Counted from the whole stretch's first letter, positions 25,460 to 39,361 are shown. The stretch is 61,534 bases of DNA, filler included, from Choristocarpus tenellus KU-1152 (GCA_964200185.2; 12 parts of 12 records of this genome joined end to end with filler, not necessarily neighbours in it), one strand, 5' to 3'. Notes: generated by a model not told the origin, from the letters alone. Translations and numbers: made by a program.

Positions 25460-26830
25460 NNNNNNNNNNNNNNNNNNNNNNNNNNNNNNNNNNNNNNNNN
25501 NNNTTAATTAATTAANNNNNNNNNNNNNNNNNNNNNNNNNNNNNNNNNNNNNNNNNNNNGCCCTTTTCCCAGTTATGGTCCAAATGGACCCCCTGGTGTT
25601 GACCTCCCCCCCCCCCCAGATACTTTGGGTCTTTACACTGTGACACATACTACTTGGTGGACGTATACATCCTGCGTGGATCGACTTCTATTGGTAGAGT
25701 GCAGCAGCTGCAAGGAAGCCATGAACTGAACAACGCTTCCAACTATTGTCCCTCCATTGTTGGTATTATCTACAGAACAGGCATTTCTTATCCCATACTC
25801 TAAGGCGGATTGATTTTTTTTTCTTCACAGCAACAGCTGATAGTACAACACTGATCCATCAACTGCTTCCACCTTCAACCCCTCCATCCTACCTCATTAT
25901 TTTATTATTGTGCCCTCTGACATTTTGCAGATGTGTCAGGGGGGAAACCAATGAAAACNNNNNNNNNNATATACATGTCGTTATTAGCCCTACAGAAATA
26001 AAATATCCTAAACATAAGAACACTATTAAACATTGTAATTGTGAAAACCACTAATCAGTTACTTCACCACTACTATCAAATATTGTACTACTGTCTGCCT
26101 TATCTTCCCATCTACCTACTCCTGTGCCGCGGAGGGGGGAGCTAAGGAAGCATCCCAAGAATCCAACTGACCCCTCCGTGCCCATTATTATCCGCTTTTT
26201 TGTGTTGTGTCTGATCTTCTGACTCTTTCAAAGAAGTGACGTACCCACCTCCATCTGTAGTTCTATTCAATATAAAAAACGGATCTTGAATTCCAGTATA
26301 ACCTTCTACGTAACAGTTGCATGAATATCATTATCTTGTGAATTTTCGAGGTTATGAATGGTTGAATGTTTCTTTATGAGTTCCCATTCGTCAATTTCGC
26401 ATACATGGTTGGAGCAAATATATCTTGACAAAAAGAATCTCCCTGATAGTACAAGCAACAAACTCCTCCACTCTGGAGTACACTTCAAGGATTGTAAGTA
26501 GGATATAATAAATTACTACCGTTCTTGGTAGCTTTTTTCCTTGTTGAGGCAATGATCGATCTTACTTACTACAGGTCATCCATCCATAAATTCTATAAAC
26601 CTATGAAAAGCCACGAAGTATTTCATTTAGAAGTTACTGTTGTGAATCGAAGGTCCAGTGAGAAAGGTGTTAATAGCTATCGCCAGACGTGAAAGAGTGG
26701 TCATTTTCATCTATTTTCTTGCACCTTCTCCTTCCCTGCTACCTATATATTGTTCCTACCACTTTGAAGAACAACGTTAGTGAGGGGGTGGTTGGGGATA
26801 GGATGGTTGGAGACACCCAGAAGAAGGAGA

Positions 26831-27084
26831 GAGTCAAAGTAAACGAGAGGTACCCAGAGTTGTATCTTAAGGATGCTGACAAATAAATGCAAAATTCGTC
26901 TATTTTTCCAAATGCGTATAGGAATATTTCTGAATTGTGTCGAAATTTTTCAAACAATAAAGAAATCGACGTTCTCAAGCCAGACTTAGAACTTCATCCA
27001 TAGAAATTTGGTGAATTACGAAAGATTAAAAATCTTAAAATGCAAATCGCCCAAAATCTGGGTACCTCTCGTTTACTTTGACTC
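26831..27084. mobile_element. MITE family C (about 255 bp), near-perfect TIR GAGTCAAAGTAAACGAGAGGTACCCAG
   Basis: About 27-bp inverted repeat at both ends; copies at 29044 and 38644. Confidence 0.9.
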
Positions 27085-27531
27085 TGATCTGTTTGACTTA
27101 TGGTTGTCTGGCAGGGGTCTAGACTGTGATGCCTTCATTGGTTTAGTACTCTCTGCGAGCCACTTTGTGAGGGTTCAAGTTACGCATGAACCCTACAGTT
27201 ACACATTTAGTTAGCGCTTATCTCGGTCATTTCTCTCTAGACAGGCAGGCACAGACCAGACCCCCCCTGCCCCCTCCCTCCAGTTGCTGCTGGTGCACCA
27301 TCAATGCTGCTAGCTGATGGAGCTTCTCCTAGACTTTTCACTCGAACACAGCCTCCTTTGCTGGGCATAACCAGGCACACGCCACTGTTGTTCCTTTCCT
27401 CATACTAACTGGTGAAGCCCCTTCCTCTTTTCCCATGGGCACATACACACCCTGTTCCCCAGGCACTGCTCCATGTTTGCAATAACCCTGCAATATCTCA
27501 TCCAGGCCATGAAATTTTCGGCAGTAGCTCA

Positions 27532-27780
27532 GAGTCGGAGCATAGGAGTTTTGCCCTGTTTGTCTGTTCGGGGCTTGACTTCCGACGGGTTTATTATCCC
27601 CCTTTTTCGGCTTTCTGTGTGAACGCAGTTACCTAAAATGTATACGACTATGAAAGGTGTGTCCGGAGCAAGACTACTGACACGTGCCAACAAACACGAT
27701 AGCCAAAATTAATAAAAATCGCAACATTGGATTTATGATCACAAACGGACGCGGCCCTACCCTCTTAAATGCTTTGGGTC
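27532..27780. mobile_element. MITE family B copy, apparent 3-bp TSD TCA
   Basis: Homologous to 22789-23046; the left TIR is degenerate. Confidence 0.8.
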
Positions 27781-29043
27781 TCATTATAGTTTTTTAAGAG
27801 TGAGACACAGGACTACTCAATAGGATTTTAGCAACACATACATCTGAGAGGGTGTAATATTGTGGGAGGGTGGGATGCTGTAGATAAAACGCACATAAGC
27901 GATTGTCACGTGAGTTGAAATGACCAAGCACTCAAGAGAACGTTATTGGCCCGTAGTATCCTAGACGATGGGGGAGGTTTAACTCAGGTCGTCCATTTAG
28001 GGCTTGATAGGGTGTTGCAAAACATCCCAGTTTAATGCCCGTGTGATTTCCCTTCATATTTCGTCGAGCCAGGGGGGTGGAAAGGGAAGGTTCATCCAGA
28101 AGAAGGAAAACCCCTTACATGTGACACATTCACTTGTATGATACGAAAATAACTCAGGTCACAAAGACCCTGAACGGACGCCTGACGCCTGACCCCCCCA
28201 GTAGGATAATATGTGTTGTTGGAAGGCACATTCAGGAAAGGACAAGTATATTTGACACACTTCGCCTGGGGCGCAGAAATAACAATCCGCTTCAAGGGAG
28301 TGCATGCAGATCACACTCCTACCTTGGTCCTCTTTCATTTTTTGACTGTTGTAGGATCTGATGAAGGGAAGTTCTTTCTCCTATGCGCCCATACAGATCT
28401 TGAATTAAACCTTCATGTTGCCTATTTCGAGTGACAGGAGTAAGTTGGAGGGTAGAGCCTCCATTTACATGCCCTCGCAGCTCACATGGAACATATCACA
28501 CTACTGGGAGTAACAAGTACCAACAGAGGGGCAAATTGCATCAGACTACTAACACATATTAGTCACTGAGAATACTGAGTGCAAACCAAGCCAAATGTCC
28601 CGAGGGATACTTGCTTGGTCAGCGTGTTAGCACGGGGTTTCCCCCCTGTTGAATTTGCTTCAAAGAACTGCCTGATGTCAGCCCTAAACCCAGCGAACTT
28701 CATTGTTACCCACTATACTCAACACGCTCTAGTCCCTTCTCCTCAGTTTTTCTAACTAAGCTTATCAATGATGGTCAAGCCGGTCTCTATTACCTCTGGC
28801 AAATTTCATCAAATGCCTCGTCTTTCTTGACATCATACCCTATGCACTCGGGAGGGCATATCTGTAGATGGGTTTGAGTCATGCTCATGACGTAGGTTCT
28901 CAACCCCCCCTGTCCTCAAAAAATACCTGGGCACAATCGCACATGACTCATAGACTCATGGAAGTATTTCGAGGACTTGCTTGTTGTATGCCTTCTTACA
29001 CTCTCCACACCCTCCAAAGTAGATGTCGAGTAGTTTCGATGTA

Positions 29044-29308
29044 GAGTCAAAATAAATGAGAGGTACTCAAGGTTAGGGTTGCATTTTAAGGATGCTGAAA
29101 AATATGTGCAAAATTCGTGTTTTTTTACAAATTTATACAGGATGATTCCTGAATTGTATGGGAAAAGTCTCAAACAATAGCGAAATAAAAAATCTGAAGC
29201 CAAACTTAGAACTCCATCCACAGAAATATGGGTGAAATGCAAAATATGGGAAAACAGGCCTAAAATGCAACACGGCCAAAACCGGGTACCTCTCCTTTAC
29301 TTCGACTC
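29044..29308. mobile_element. MITE family C copy, 4-bp TSD TGTA
   Basis: tgta|GAGTCAAAATAAATGAGAGGTAC ... GTACCTCTCCTTTACTTCGACTC|tgta. Confidence 0.9.
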
Positions 29309-31009
29309 TGTAATTGAATTTTAGTAATTGGCCCTATTACCAGGAAATTCGCAACAACAGCACGTTTTTTTGTTGAATTCATTTCAGAAGAAGGCATTAT
29401 TCAAAAATTACCACATTCATTTTTTTCATGTTGTTAGAGTCACTCAAGCAAGGTACACATAAAAAAATCTACGAGCACAACACACAAACAAGGATACTTC
29501 ACCTTTTAGTGTTGTTTGGAGATGTATCATGTATACACACACCTCTCTGCATGTATGTAGAGTCCATGATGAGGAATGAATGTAGTTATCTATAATATAT
29601 AATTTTATTCGATTAAGAGAAAACAACTCCCTGAGAAAAAGTGTAAGTAAATCATTGTCGCCTGCGATAATATACTACTACTGTCGAGTTGCCTCTTCGA
29701 GCTTCCTGTTTGTTTGCTTGTCAAGCTTCTTGGTGTTATTATTGCCGTGGTGTTTGGGTGCAACACTAAGATATCTCATCTTGTTTCCCTTTTAAGATAA
29801 ATAAAACTAGAGGAAGTTGGACAATATTGCATGTAATGGGCGAACTGGGTCCATCATCTCTGAAGGGATCATAAAATCATACAACAAGTTGAAACCAGTC
29901 AATAACGTAGGATGGACTTGTTGAAGGTGCGAGGAAGCTGAAGGATCAATGTTGTGGTTATGAGCCAGGTATTGGTTTGAGTTTATTGTTTCCTTTTTGT
30001 TTTGTCCCCAAGGGAACGACAGAAATTGGAGGGGACCGTTAGATCCGCCTCACAGGATTGGAGTAGTTTTCAACTAGCAATCACCACGCATCAGCATAAG
30101 CTTCACGCACTATGGTATTGCCCCAAGCGCAAAGATAAATTTCCATTGTGCAAGGTCAACGCATATAAAATAAAATACAAATTGCCCACATATATTTGTT
30201 TCGATTTGAAACGAAAAATAGGAGGTGGTGTTCTTTTGCCTTCGATTGTTTTGATGGCGTGACATAGAATGGTTGGGGGCTATTATCATTGATGAAGGAC
30301 TTCAACCTCGGCACCATTACGCTGGAGACTCGTCCGTACTGGTGTTCCCTTTTAATTGTGGCGCTATCCTTGCAGTTCTTATCCTTTTGAACTTTAGAAC
30401 CAAAAATATATTCCCGTCGAAATGGAGGCAGCGGTTAATACAGATTCGATGGTCAATATTCTCTCATGTATGTGCCCTATGCTGGAAATTTGTCGTGTGT
30501 ATGTTAGTTTGTAGATGAAAAATAAAGTAGAAGTGGTTACACGACACAGACAGGTGTGTGTTCATCTCCATGTGTTATCACAAAAATAGACATCGAACAT
30601 AGCCACAAAAATCAAAGAAATAGTCCATATCATATCGGTGTGTATAACCTTTGTTATGAAAGCAATGGATAAAGTATGACGAGAGGTTGAAGAAGATTGA
30701 AGACTTGGTGTCATCCAGTATGACTCAATTCTTCTAATTGTTGTGGATCATGGGTGCATACCCTTCTGTTTTGTGATACGTGGTGCCGAGCATCTTGCAA
30801 TCAACGACATCGAGGACCTCCTCCTTCTATTTTCAGCTCTTTGCCACTCTTTGTCGATGTGAATCTCCACATCATGTCTGGGTGTGGCTACCTTGCAGCT
30901 TGGGCACCCTGAGTATACAACAACCACACTAAATAATAGCTATAACATTTTCGAAAATATACATCTTCCTATAGAAGTACAGCGATGTGTTGCGGAATAT
31001 ACAAGATTT

Positions 31010-31405
31010 ACTATCAATTGAGAATATCTGATTTCATAGACTGACACTTTGAACACGGTCTAGATACATGGTAACAATAAACCCACAAGTTCATCAAGCC
31101 TCGTCTTGCCCACCAACCCGTTGCCTTCTGCTCGAAGGATATGACATACCTTGAAATTGTCACTTGTGCCGTGACAAACATGACCTGTCCCAAGTATGCC
31201 ATCACCGCCCCCTTCCTGCTGAAACCCCCAGTCCCCCTACCACCCGCAGATTAATCACCAGCTTATCCAGGAATTGTTCTGCCTGTGTACCGAGACGATC
31301 ATTACTCTCCATTGCAAAGGTACTAAGGTTAAAACGATGAGGGCTAAAGTCCCTTGCAGTGGTTGCGCCTCCACGAGTCAGCTGCAGGAGCAGCGTTGCC
31401 ATATA
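31010..31405 (-). mobile_element. CRE-like retrotransposon RLE C-terminal fragment
   Basis: FSPHRFNLSTFAMESNDRLGTQAEQFLDKL...VTAQVTISRYVISF, homologous to 25170-25400. Confidence 0.7.
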
Positions 31406-32019
31406 TGCTTATTATATTGTGTCCCTCGACATTTTGCGTATGTTGTGACGGAGAGGGAAAGAAGCAACATACAAGGCCGTCCCACTACTCATTGCTCCTC
31501 CTCCCCTCTCTAATCTGGGGCATTCTCCGTCTGTCTGCAATGAATCTTCACCACCACTATCCAGATCATTCTGTGCGTACCTTTGTGGTTTAGGGTAAGG
31601 CACACCTGTACCTTACCAATGTGCCTGTCACATGGTCCATCGAAGTCAAATTTCCTGGGAAGCAAATCTGGACTCCGTAACAGGGATTAAAACCTTAGCA
31701 CTCTCGTGACAGAGTGCAGGCGGACAACCACCTGACCTACTTCAACAACTTCCTGAATGGTGCTGCTGTAGTCACACGAACCACAACACAGTAACCTTGG
31801 TTTGTTGTATGTGGAGTTTTGGCCGATAACATTAATGTGTGATACTTCGAAGTCATTATTATATCTTCTAAAGTTTTGCAGACGTATCAAGGTAAAACAA
31901 AGAAAATATCACAAGGGCTGCCGTAAAATTGCCAGCTGTTGTCAATGCAAAAGATGCCTCTCTAAAAAGAAATGTTGTGTTCGAGACTAACAATATATCA
32001 ATGTCCCCTTGAAGGTTGG

Positions 32020-32420
32020 TCAATATGCAGCATTGTGAAAACTGTTTTGCTTCTAAGCTAGCCTAACCTCACGAAGGTGGGCAAGAAGGTAGGGAAGTAT
32101 CCCAAGAACCTGACGGGCCCCTTCTTGACCACCTCAGAGATGCTTCTATCTTGAAATGCATGACGTGTGTTGAAAGAGCTTTTTGTATAGTGGCAATCAC
32201 CATTTGTCTCAAACAGAGCTTGACAGCCCCTTTCTTAGAATATCCTCCAGCCCCTTTCCCCCCTATTGCGCGGGTGGCTAACTTGTCGAAGAAACTCCCT
32301 GCTTGCTTTCAAATGGGCCCAAACCCTTTTCGCCACAAAGGCATTGAGGTTACAACTACAAGGGATCAGTGACCCTCATCATTGATGTACTTCCGCGCCT
32401 CGGCTGCAGGAGCACCTACA
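32020..32420 (-). mobile_element. CRE-like retrotransposon 3' fragment
   Basis: Nucleotide and peptide similarity to 25085-25459 (GSLIPCSCNLNAF...KKGAVK...HVMHFK). Confidence 0.7.
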
Positions 32421-32749
32421 CCATTGCTGGGTCAAAGTATCTGGGGGGGGGGGTGTCGGAGTCTGTTTTTCACCCTTTTTTCGATTTTCACTTTTTTGGG
32501 GTGGTTTGGTCGCCCGTGTCGGANNNNNNNNNNNNNNNNNNNNNNNNNNNNNNNNNNNNNNNNNNNNTTAATTAATTAANNNNNNNNNNNNNNNNNNNNN
32601 NNNNNNNNNNNNNNNNNNNNNNNAAAGGGGAAAAAAGGGCCCCCCCCCCCCCCCCCCCCCCCCCCCAGATACTTTGACCCAATTCTAAGACTCTTCCCTG
32701 AAATATTCACTTTTGTAAAACCACCAATTTATACAACGATGTCCCCTTC

Positions 32750-33830
32750 AAGACGAATAAGTAATGTGTTCACTGGTATATGCTTCTAAGCTGACTTAGC
32801 CCTACGAAGAAGGTGGGTCAGGAGCTAGGGAACCATCCGATCATTCTGTCAGTCCCCTTCTTGCCCACTGGCACAGTGTTTCTACCTTGAAACTTATGAT
32901 ACATATCGAGAGAGCCACTGAGTGAAACTATCTTGGAGGGTACGAGCTTTGTCCTGTTTGTTCATTTGGGGCTTGGCTTCCCACTGTTTTTTTATTACAT
33001 TTTCCTACTCGGAAGTGTTTCGGAGTAGGTTAAATGTGTACGTTACGTAAAGGTGTGGCCGGAACAAGGATATTGGCACTTCCTAACAAACACGATAGCC
33101 AAAAATACATCAAAATCGGAACATTGGATTCGCGACTCTACCCTCTAACAACATATTTTGACTCACTTGTGCAGTGGCGGACACTACCTTCTATCTCAAC
33201 TGAGATTTAACAGGCCCTCTTCTGCAATACCTGCCAGCCCCTCTCCTCTACACTGCATGAAACATATCCAGAAAACCCACTCCTTGCTTACCAAGGGGCC
33301 AAAAACTTTCCACTGCCAAGGAGTTCAGATTTAAACTATGAGGCCCAAAAGATCATCTGCAGTTGTCGCACCTCTGTACCTCAGCTGCAGCGGTAGCAGT
33401 AGCATTGCTTGTCGATGAGTGCGTCAAAAGGCAGGCTGCTTCGGCATCTGCAAAGCAACATCCAGAAGTAGGTCTTGTCCTGGTAGGGATCTGAGTCAGC
33501 ATCTGATAGTGCCCCATCGTGGAACACAACATCCATGGGGAAGTTCCTGTCCACTGTAAGCAGGATGCCATCCTCCGTAGTGCAAATGATCCTAATTCCC
33601 TTGTAGAGTTTTGGAAACCAGGGTTGTCCGCTACCATAATGTTTGTTGTAATATAAACCGCCATACCGATTGAAGTTACTTCTCAGCAATTCCATATAAA
33701 GATCGTCAGTGAGACAGATTCCCATGGAATCTCTTCAAGAAACCGGCTCTGCAAGTTGACTCTCTTCAGAGCAACTAGGCGCCGAGGGGCTCCTTTTGGA
33801 GTTCCCTTTGATCATTCTCGTGACTTACTC
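32750..33830 (-). mobile_element. CRE-like retrotransposon fragment interrupted by a family B MITE
   Basis: EDGILLTVDRNFPMDVVFHDGAL...PYQDK matches the copy at 1-300 (EDGSPFTVDRNFHMDLVFHAGAL...PYRDK); also LAVESF..LGKQG. Confidence 0.8.
32920..33164. mobile_element. MITE family B copy, 3-bp TSD ACT, inserted in a CRE fragment
   Basis: act|GAGTGAAACTATCT ... TTTTGACTC|act. Confidence 0.85.
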
Positions 33831-33880
33831 CACTCTCCACACTACTTGTCATTGTCCAAGTTTATCTCAAACTCTCGGTT

Positions 33881-34702
33881 GGCTAGAAGTATCTGTGGGG
33901 GGGAGTCTACACCAGGGTATCCGTTCGGACCCTGACCAGAAAAGTGCACTTATATTATCCATCCAATGCATGCAACCAATTCACTCAAAAATTGCGACAT
34001 ACAAAAATGGGCCCTGAATGGACAGCTGTTACAGGCGAATAGCGCGAGCATTTCTTCTTGTGTTCTCCAACGAAGTGCGAGCATTTGTTACACACGAATA
34101 GCGCGAGCATTTTCTCCTCATGTTTTAGCAAATACGAACATTTGTGACATATGTGTAAGTGTGAGGATTGTTTCTCGCGTTCTAACAAGTAAGTGCGAAC
34201 AATATACGATATTAGTAACACATAGGTAGCCTTAAAGAATAGATGATTTCGTAGAAGATACAGAGTAAGATTCGGAATACCTACGTAACATTACAGAAGA
34301 AAATGTGAAAGTCCCTAAGAAGTTGCAGAAGGAACGTTTATGATTGGAGTACGTGTAGAGCAGTTGCATAGATGACCAAAGAAATTGGGTGGATGATGAA
34401 AATATTAAGAGGTCTTTGGGCCAAAGCTATGCTCCTTACCTCCAGTATTATCTTTTTATCTTGAACGAAACTTTGAGTTGAGCTTTGAGCTAAGCACTGA
34501 GTGGAATATCAAGAAGAGAAGGACACCTGACACCCTACAAACTGTTATCAAGGGCAACGACCCCATAGCGTCGTTTTAAGGTCGTTGGATTTGAGTTGCA
34601 TATCCTGTGGAGGTGAGTTCTGAGGGGCACACTGTAACATGGAGGTCCTAAGGAGACTTCCACCCTGTAACACAACCACCACCCCCCCAGATACTTTGAG
34701 CC
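33881..34702. mobile_element. MITE family A copy (3-bp TSD GTT) carrying a nested TGT..ACA element
   Basis: gtt|GGCTAGAAGTATCTG ... CAGATACTTTGAGCC|gtt. Confidence 0.85.
34027..34672 (+). mobile_element. Nested TGTTACAGG...CCTGTAACA element (solo LTR or Ginger-like), TSD CAGC/CAAC
   Basis: Homologous to 13297-13900; interrupts the family A sequence at GGACAGC|. Confidence 0.8.
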
Positions 34703-36200
34703 GTTCCGGTTTGTCTTGGTAGTCTTTCAGGTCCGTCTTGCCCAATGATTCTCTTCACCACCCTTGCTTGAGTGAACTAACCTGTCAAAGAATAACATGG
34801 TTCACATTGCCGACATGGGTGAACTCAGGTGTAGGGTGAGAAGCAAGACGAGACTCCAACCTTTTCATCCAGACCGCAACTGAATCGTTATTCCTCTAAA
34901 TGTTCAGCCTCATGATCCAGGTGCCTCATCGTCAAACAGAATTCCCGGCCTTGCTCTGTACTCATGCCAAAGAGTTATCGTAGCACTATACAGATAGATG
35001 AGTGTTAGTACCCTGGTCGCCAAGCCAAAAATCCTGACGGTCATTCAACCCACTTGTGCCTCGACAACCCTGAGGCCACTTGTAGACTGTTCTTGAAACA
35101 GATGGGGTGGGCGATAGATGGCACAGAGGAGATAACAGACAGTATAGTGGAGGCCATTGCGCCCTTGTCTTAGGGGTTCCCGGATAGAATAGACTCCTTG
35201 TCTCTTCAGAAGGATCGTGATTTTATCGACAGCACCCAACGGAGTGATGATGTATGTTGTTGGTTGACGCCGTTTGCATCAATTGCTCCTCAGACATTGT
35301 TCATAGCCTGTTCGTCTGTCCCCAACCACTTTTCTTCACCTTCAGCTCAGCCAAGGTTGTACGATAACAATTATCAAATTTTGTTCAACAATTCTTCATG
35401 CAGATACCCATCCACACTAAAACATTTTATAGTTTTCGTCACAAGGGTGTTCGTGTGAAGTGCTCTACAGCCTTACTAGGGACACCCATATGGGGTCAAA
35501 GTATCTGGGGGNNNNNNNNNNNNNNNNNNNNNNNNNNNNNNNNNNNNNNNNNNNNTTAATTAATTAANNNNNNNNNNNNNNNNNNNNNNNNNNNNNNNNN
35601 NNNNNNNNNNNATACTTTGTCTTGCATATATCTTTGTTGGGGGTGGGGAGATAGTTCAGGATAGGTGTGAATACTTGTCGCTCTTGCTCTCGTCAGCCCA
35701 GTATTTCCGACCTGGGGCTGCAGCGCAATCCTCACTCGCATCCCCTAAAGCATCAAGAAGAGTACACCGCTTAGGTCTCGTACAAAGACCTACACCACTA
35801 CACACAAAACAAGGACGAACTAAATTGAGGGGGAGACGTCAACCGCTTATCTAAAGTCACGCTAGGAACCCTCTTACTTCATCCTTGGCTCTATTCACCG
35901 CCAAGTGTAGGACGTATAGGTTCAAAATTTGGGGGAGACAATGATACTGAGAGACCTCCAACGATATATTCAAATTATCTAGGGAGCCTCTTGTCGGCAA
36001 TCATGCCTCCCACCTAAGTTACCGATTAAAACATCAGATCACGTATCAGTTTACTGTACCTGTCGGATGATGAGGCACTGGTCCCAGTGTAGCAACAGTA
36101 ATGCAAAACGCCAATCCTGCAACCAACACTGGACTTAAATTGGAGACCAAAGGGGTCCATGCCACGCAAGGTTACCTCAATCCTCTGACTCATTGCGTAC

Positions 36201-36323
36201 CTTGACATGGACAAGCCGCTGCAGTGCAATAGAGCTGCTGCTGTAACGAACCACTCGCTCTAACTGGGTGAGGTTATCATCTATTGATAGGTCCTCGAAG
36301 GTGGGCCCCGCACCGAGGTCCAT
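36201..36323 (-). CDS. First coding exon of a serine/threonine-protein phosphatase 4 regulatory subunit-like (HEAT repeat) protein
   Basis: MDLGAGPTFEDLSIDDNLTQLERVVRYSSSSIALQRLVHVK followed by donor AAG|GTACGC. Resembles the PP4R1/R4-like N-terminus (DxNLxxLER..Y..S.IALQR) as I recall it from stramenopile proteins. Confidence 0.75.
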
Positions 36324-36589
36324 CCTCTGCACTTCCTCCTACTTGTTCTCAATTTTCCAGGGCCACGATTGACTGCAGGACCACAGAAAGCGTAAGTGTA
36401 AACACTATCAACACAGTCTATCCGTTCTCTACAAGCACCTGCCGCTCCGAAACTGCTGCAAAAACGAGAATCGCAGCAATAGTGGTCGGACCTACCTACT
36501 ACTATGTGTCTGAAGGGGGAACATTCTCTACGCGCGAGACCGAAGAAGATTTGCGCGCGACCCAGACATAAAGACATTGATGTCCTTAT

Positions 36590-36662
36590 TAGGTAGGTCA
36601 GTGGTTAGACGAACACTATTTCCGTACACTGACTTCGGTGGTTCGAACCCCCTCGATACTAT
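36590..36662 (+). other. tRNA-like relic (A-box/B-box), probable SINE head or tRNA pseudogene
   Basis: TCAGTGGTTAGA ... GGTTCGAACCC CCTCGATACTA; similar to 57020-57100. Confidence 0.4.
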
Positions 36663-38643
36663 ACTAATTCTTAGGTTCATGTGGTTGAGACTATCTACTC
36701 CATCTATGTACGAAAAATAATAAACCTCTGCTATCCTATCACTCTCTGTACCACAAAAATCTGATAACCTAGAAACAATTGTGTGGCAAGATTTCATTAC
36801 TGAGGGACATGAACTGATCAAAAAATAAAGTAAGGCAGGTTTGGATCCTGTTGCATTCTAAGTCATCCTTGTTACCCTATGGAATACACTCTATTTCATT
36901 CCTTTACGTTAACAATATTGTACTCAAAACTGGTATTGCCCCTTTCCACACCCAAATTAACACCACGACGCTGCAAAGTCTCTTTCTGAGAGTGTACCAA
37001 ATGCATATTTGTCATTTCTGAGGTGTCTCCTCAACCACTACACTATTTTTGGGAGATAGTTGTTTGGTTGTTTCATTAACCATATACTCTAAGTAAAGTA
37101 CTTCGATGCATGATGCACTGGCGCTCAAACGTTTTCCAGATGCTACGGTGGAGAAAGAAGCAACGTACAACATGATCACACCACTGGTGAGAAAAGGTGA
37201 TACTGAAAGGGAGCACGCACAAAAGATGAAACTTCCGTATCTGACAAAAAGCAGATAGTACAGAAACGATAATATTGAAAGAAATCGTGCTAATACAACG
37301 TAGGCGGGTACACGAAACGGAATAAATTCCCATAAACACACATATATGTATATGTATGTGAATATAAAATAGAAACGGTCCAGTCAAAACTGAAAAAGAA
37401 GATATCAGCACCGTAACTGAGGGCCACAATTAGTCCAAGGAGGGCATACATCCACTCACAATCACACGTCAGAAACGTTAGGTGAGGTCTCATACATCAA
37501 CTCAGCAACACAGTTATACAACCATGTGTGTCAATGAGGGCATCGAAGTTGGGATCCTATCCATTCCCTGCCCAATTGTCAGCATCTAGTGACATTTGTG
37601 AGTGTTTGTCAACTACAACCTCCTTGTTAGTATGGGGGACTCCAGCTGCGTCAGCCTCATCAGCATGCCAAGCGTTCAAGGAGATTTATCTCCATCCTCT
37701 GCACACCTCTGCTAACTGTTTGTCTTCTTCTGTCTTCTGAAGTCAACTCTATTCTCCAGCTGGGATTCCGAAACATCTACAGGTTCATATAGGAAGCAAA
37801 ACGACCAGCTTTTCTCCGGTTCTCCCATCATCCACTTTCAGTTTCTCAGCTGCAAGTTTCCTAAACATAACGTTCTTAGTCAAGTGAGCATCGCCCATCC
37901 ATGCGTGCTACAGAGCCTGAAATAGTAAAACGAAATAAGCCTTCCTAAAGCACGAAATGAGGTAATGATAAACGATGTGGTATGACACATGTTCTTGTCA
38001 ACCTTACTAGCAGTTGCAACTCACATTTCTTACCTTCGTACGTTTCTCCCTTATATTTTCGTGTGTTGTTGTGCATCGTGCGGATATGATCTTATCAGTC
38101 GATCAATCCTCAAGAACACGAATTATATACTTACTGACAGTCGTCTTGGAACGGAAAATTCACCACCAAACTCCCCTTCCAACAACGAAATTAAACAACG
38201 AGACAGAGTAAGTACACTGTTATTTTTGATATCCCACAGAATAATTCCCCCTATAGTGCTCCTTTGACTGGGATGTTGACTTGGTTGAGTAATGGAAACT
38301 ACGATCAAAATGTAACACTGTAACATACCAGGTAGTAACAACAAGCGGCCGATTGACTGCACTTTGTCAGTAAGGCACGATACCTACTGCATCACATCTA
38401 CTTACGCGTAACAATGACAACAATTACTGGTTAGAGTTACTCCTAAAAGTTCCTTGCGCACGTATCATATATTGCGAGACAAGCCTATTGAGAGGTAGGG
38501 AGGTTTGTACCCTTTCGCATTCTAAGCTATCTTTCTCGACTTGTGGAGTACACTATACTTCATTACTTTATATGCATATTAGAGTACAAAAAATTGTTTT
38601 TCCTCCTTTCCACACGTAAAAAGGGACAACATCATTCAGCAAA

Positions 38644-38896
38644 GAGTCAATTTAAAGGAGAGTTGAATTTTATGGATGCTGGCAAATATATACAAATTCG
38701 AGGTTTCTTACGATTATGCGTAATATAATATTTTCTGAATTGTGAGGGAAAAGTATCAAAATAGAGAAGTAAACACTCTCAATTCAAATTTAGAATTTCA
38801 TCCGTAGAAATATGGGTAAATTACAAGAGATTGCAAAAGGGGCTTAAAATGCCAATCGTGAAAAATCTGGGTACCTCTCATCATTACCTTTGGCTC
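38644..38896. mobile_element. MITE family C copy (TSD CAAA/CAAG)
   Basis: Homologous to 26831 and 29044. Confidence 0.8.
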
Positions 38897-39361
38897 CAAG
38901 AATCTTTCTGTAATTGTACCAAATTGTGTCTTTTTGCCCTTTCTCGGGATCCTTGTAATGGGAACCTGCCTACCTCTTGGTCGATTTGACTCGGTGTACG
39001 TATGCGTATCATATCATACCGAGTATCATTGCAACACTAAAATCATACAAAAAATATATATCGACACTTTATCCCAGTCAATTTTGGGTCAAGCCCATCC
39101 TCAATGAAAAGCTCNNNNNNNNNNNNNNNNNNNNNNNNNNNNNNNNNNNNNNNNNNNNTTAATTAATTAANNNNNNNNNNNNNNNNNNNNNNNNNNNNNN
39201 NNNNNNNNNNNNNNGTTATGCGAGTGTTCTGTGAGTGTTTCTTGCCTCTCCTTCGGCTTGAACGGGGTGTTGGTTGGGAGGTTTTTTTTTTTTTTTAATG
39301 TGTTGTTTGCATTGCCGGTCGCAAGGTCTCATCCCGCAAGAGTCTCGTAACGAGGATGAAT

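Noticed and set aside
29650-30950. Possible MULE-like transposase relic (CPSCK, HTCLC on the minus strand)
   Set aside because: Too decayed; no catalytic motif recognised.
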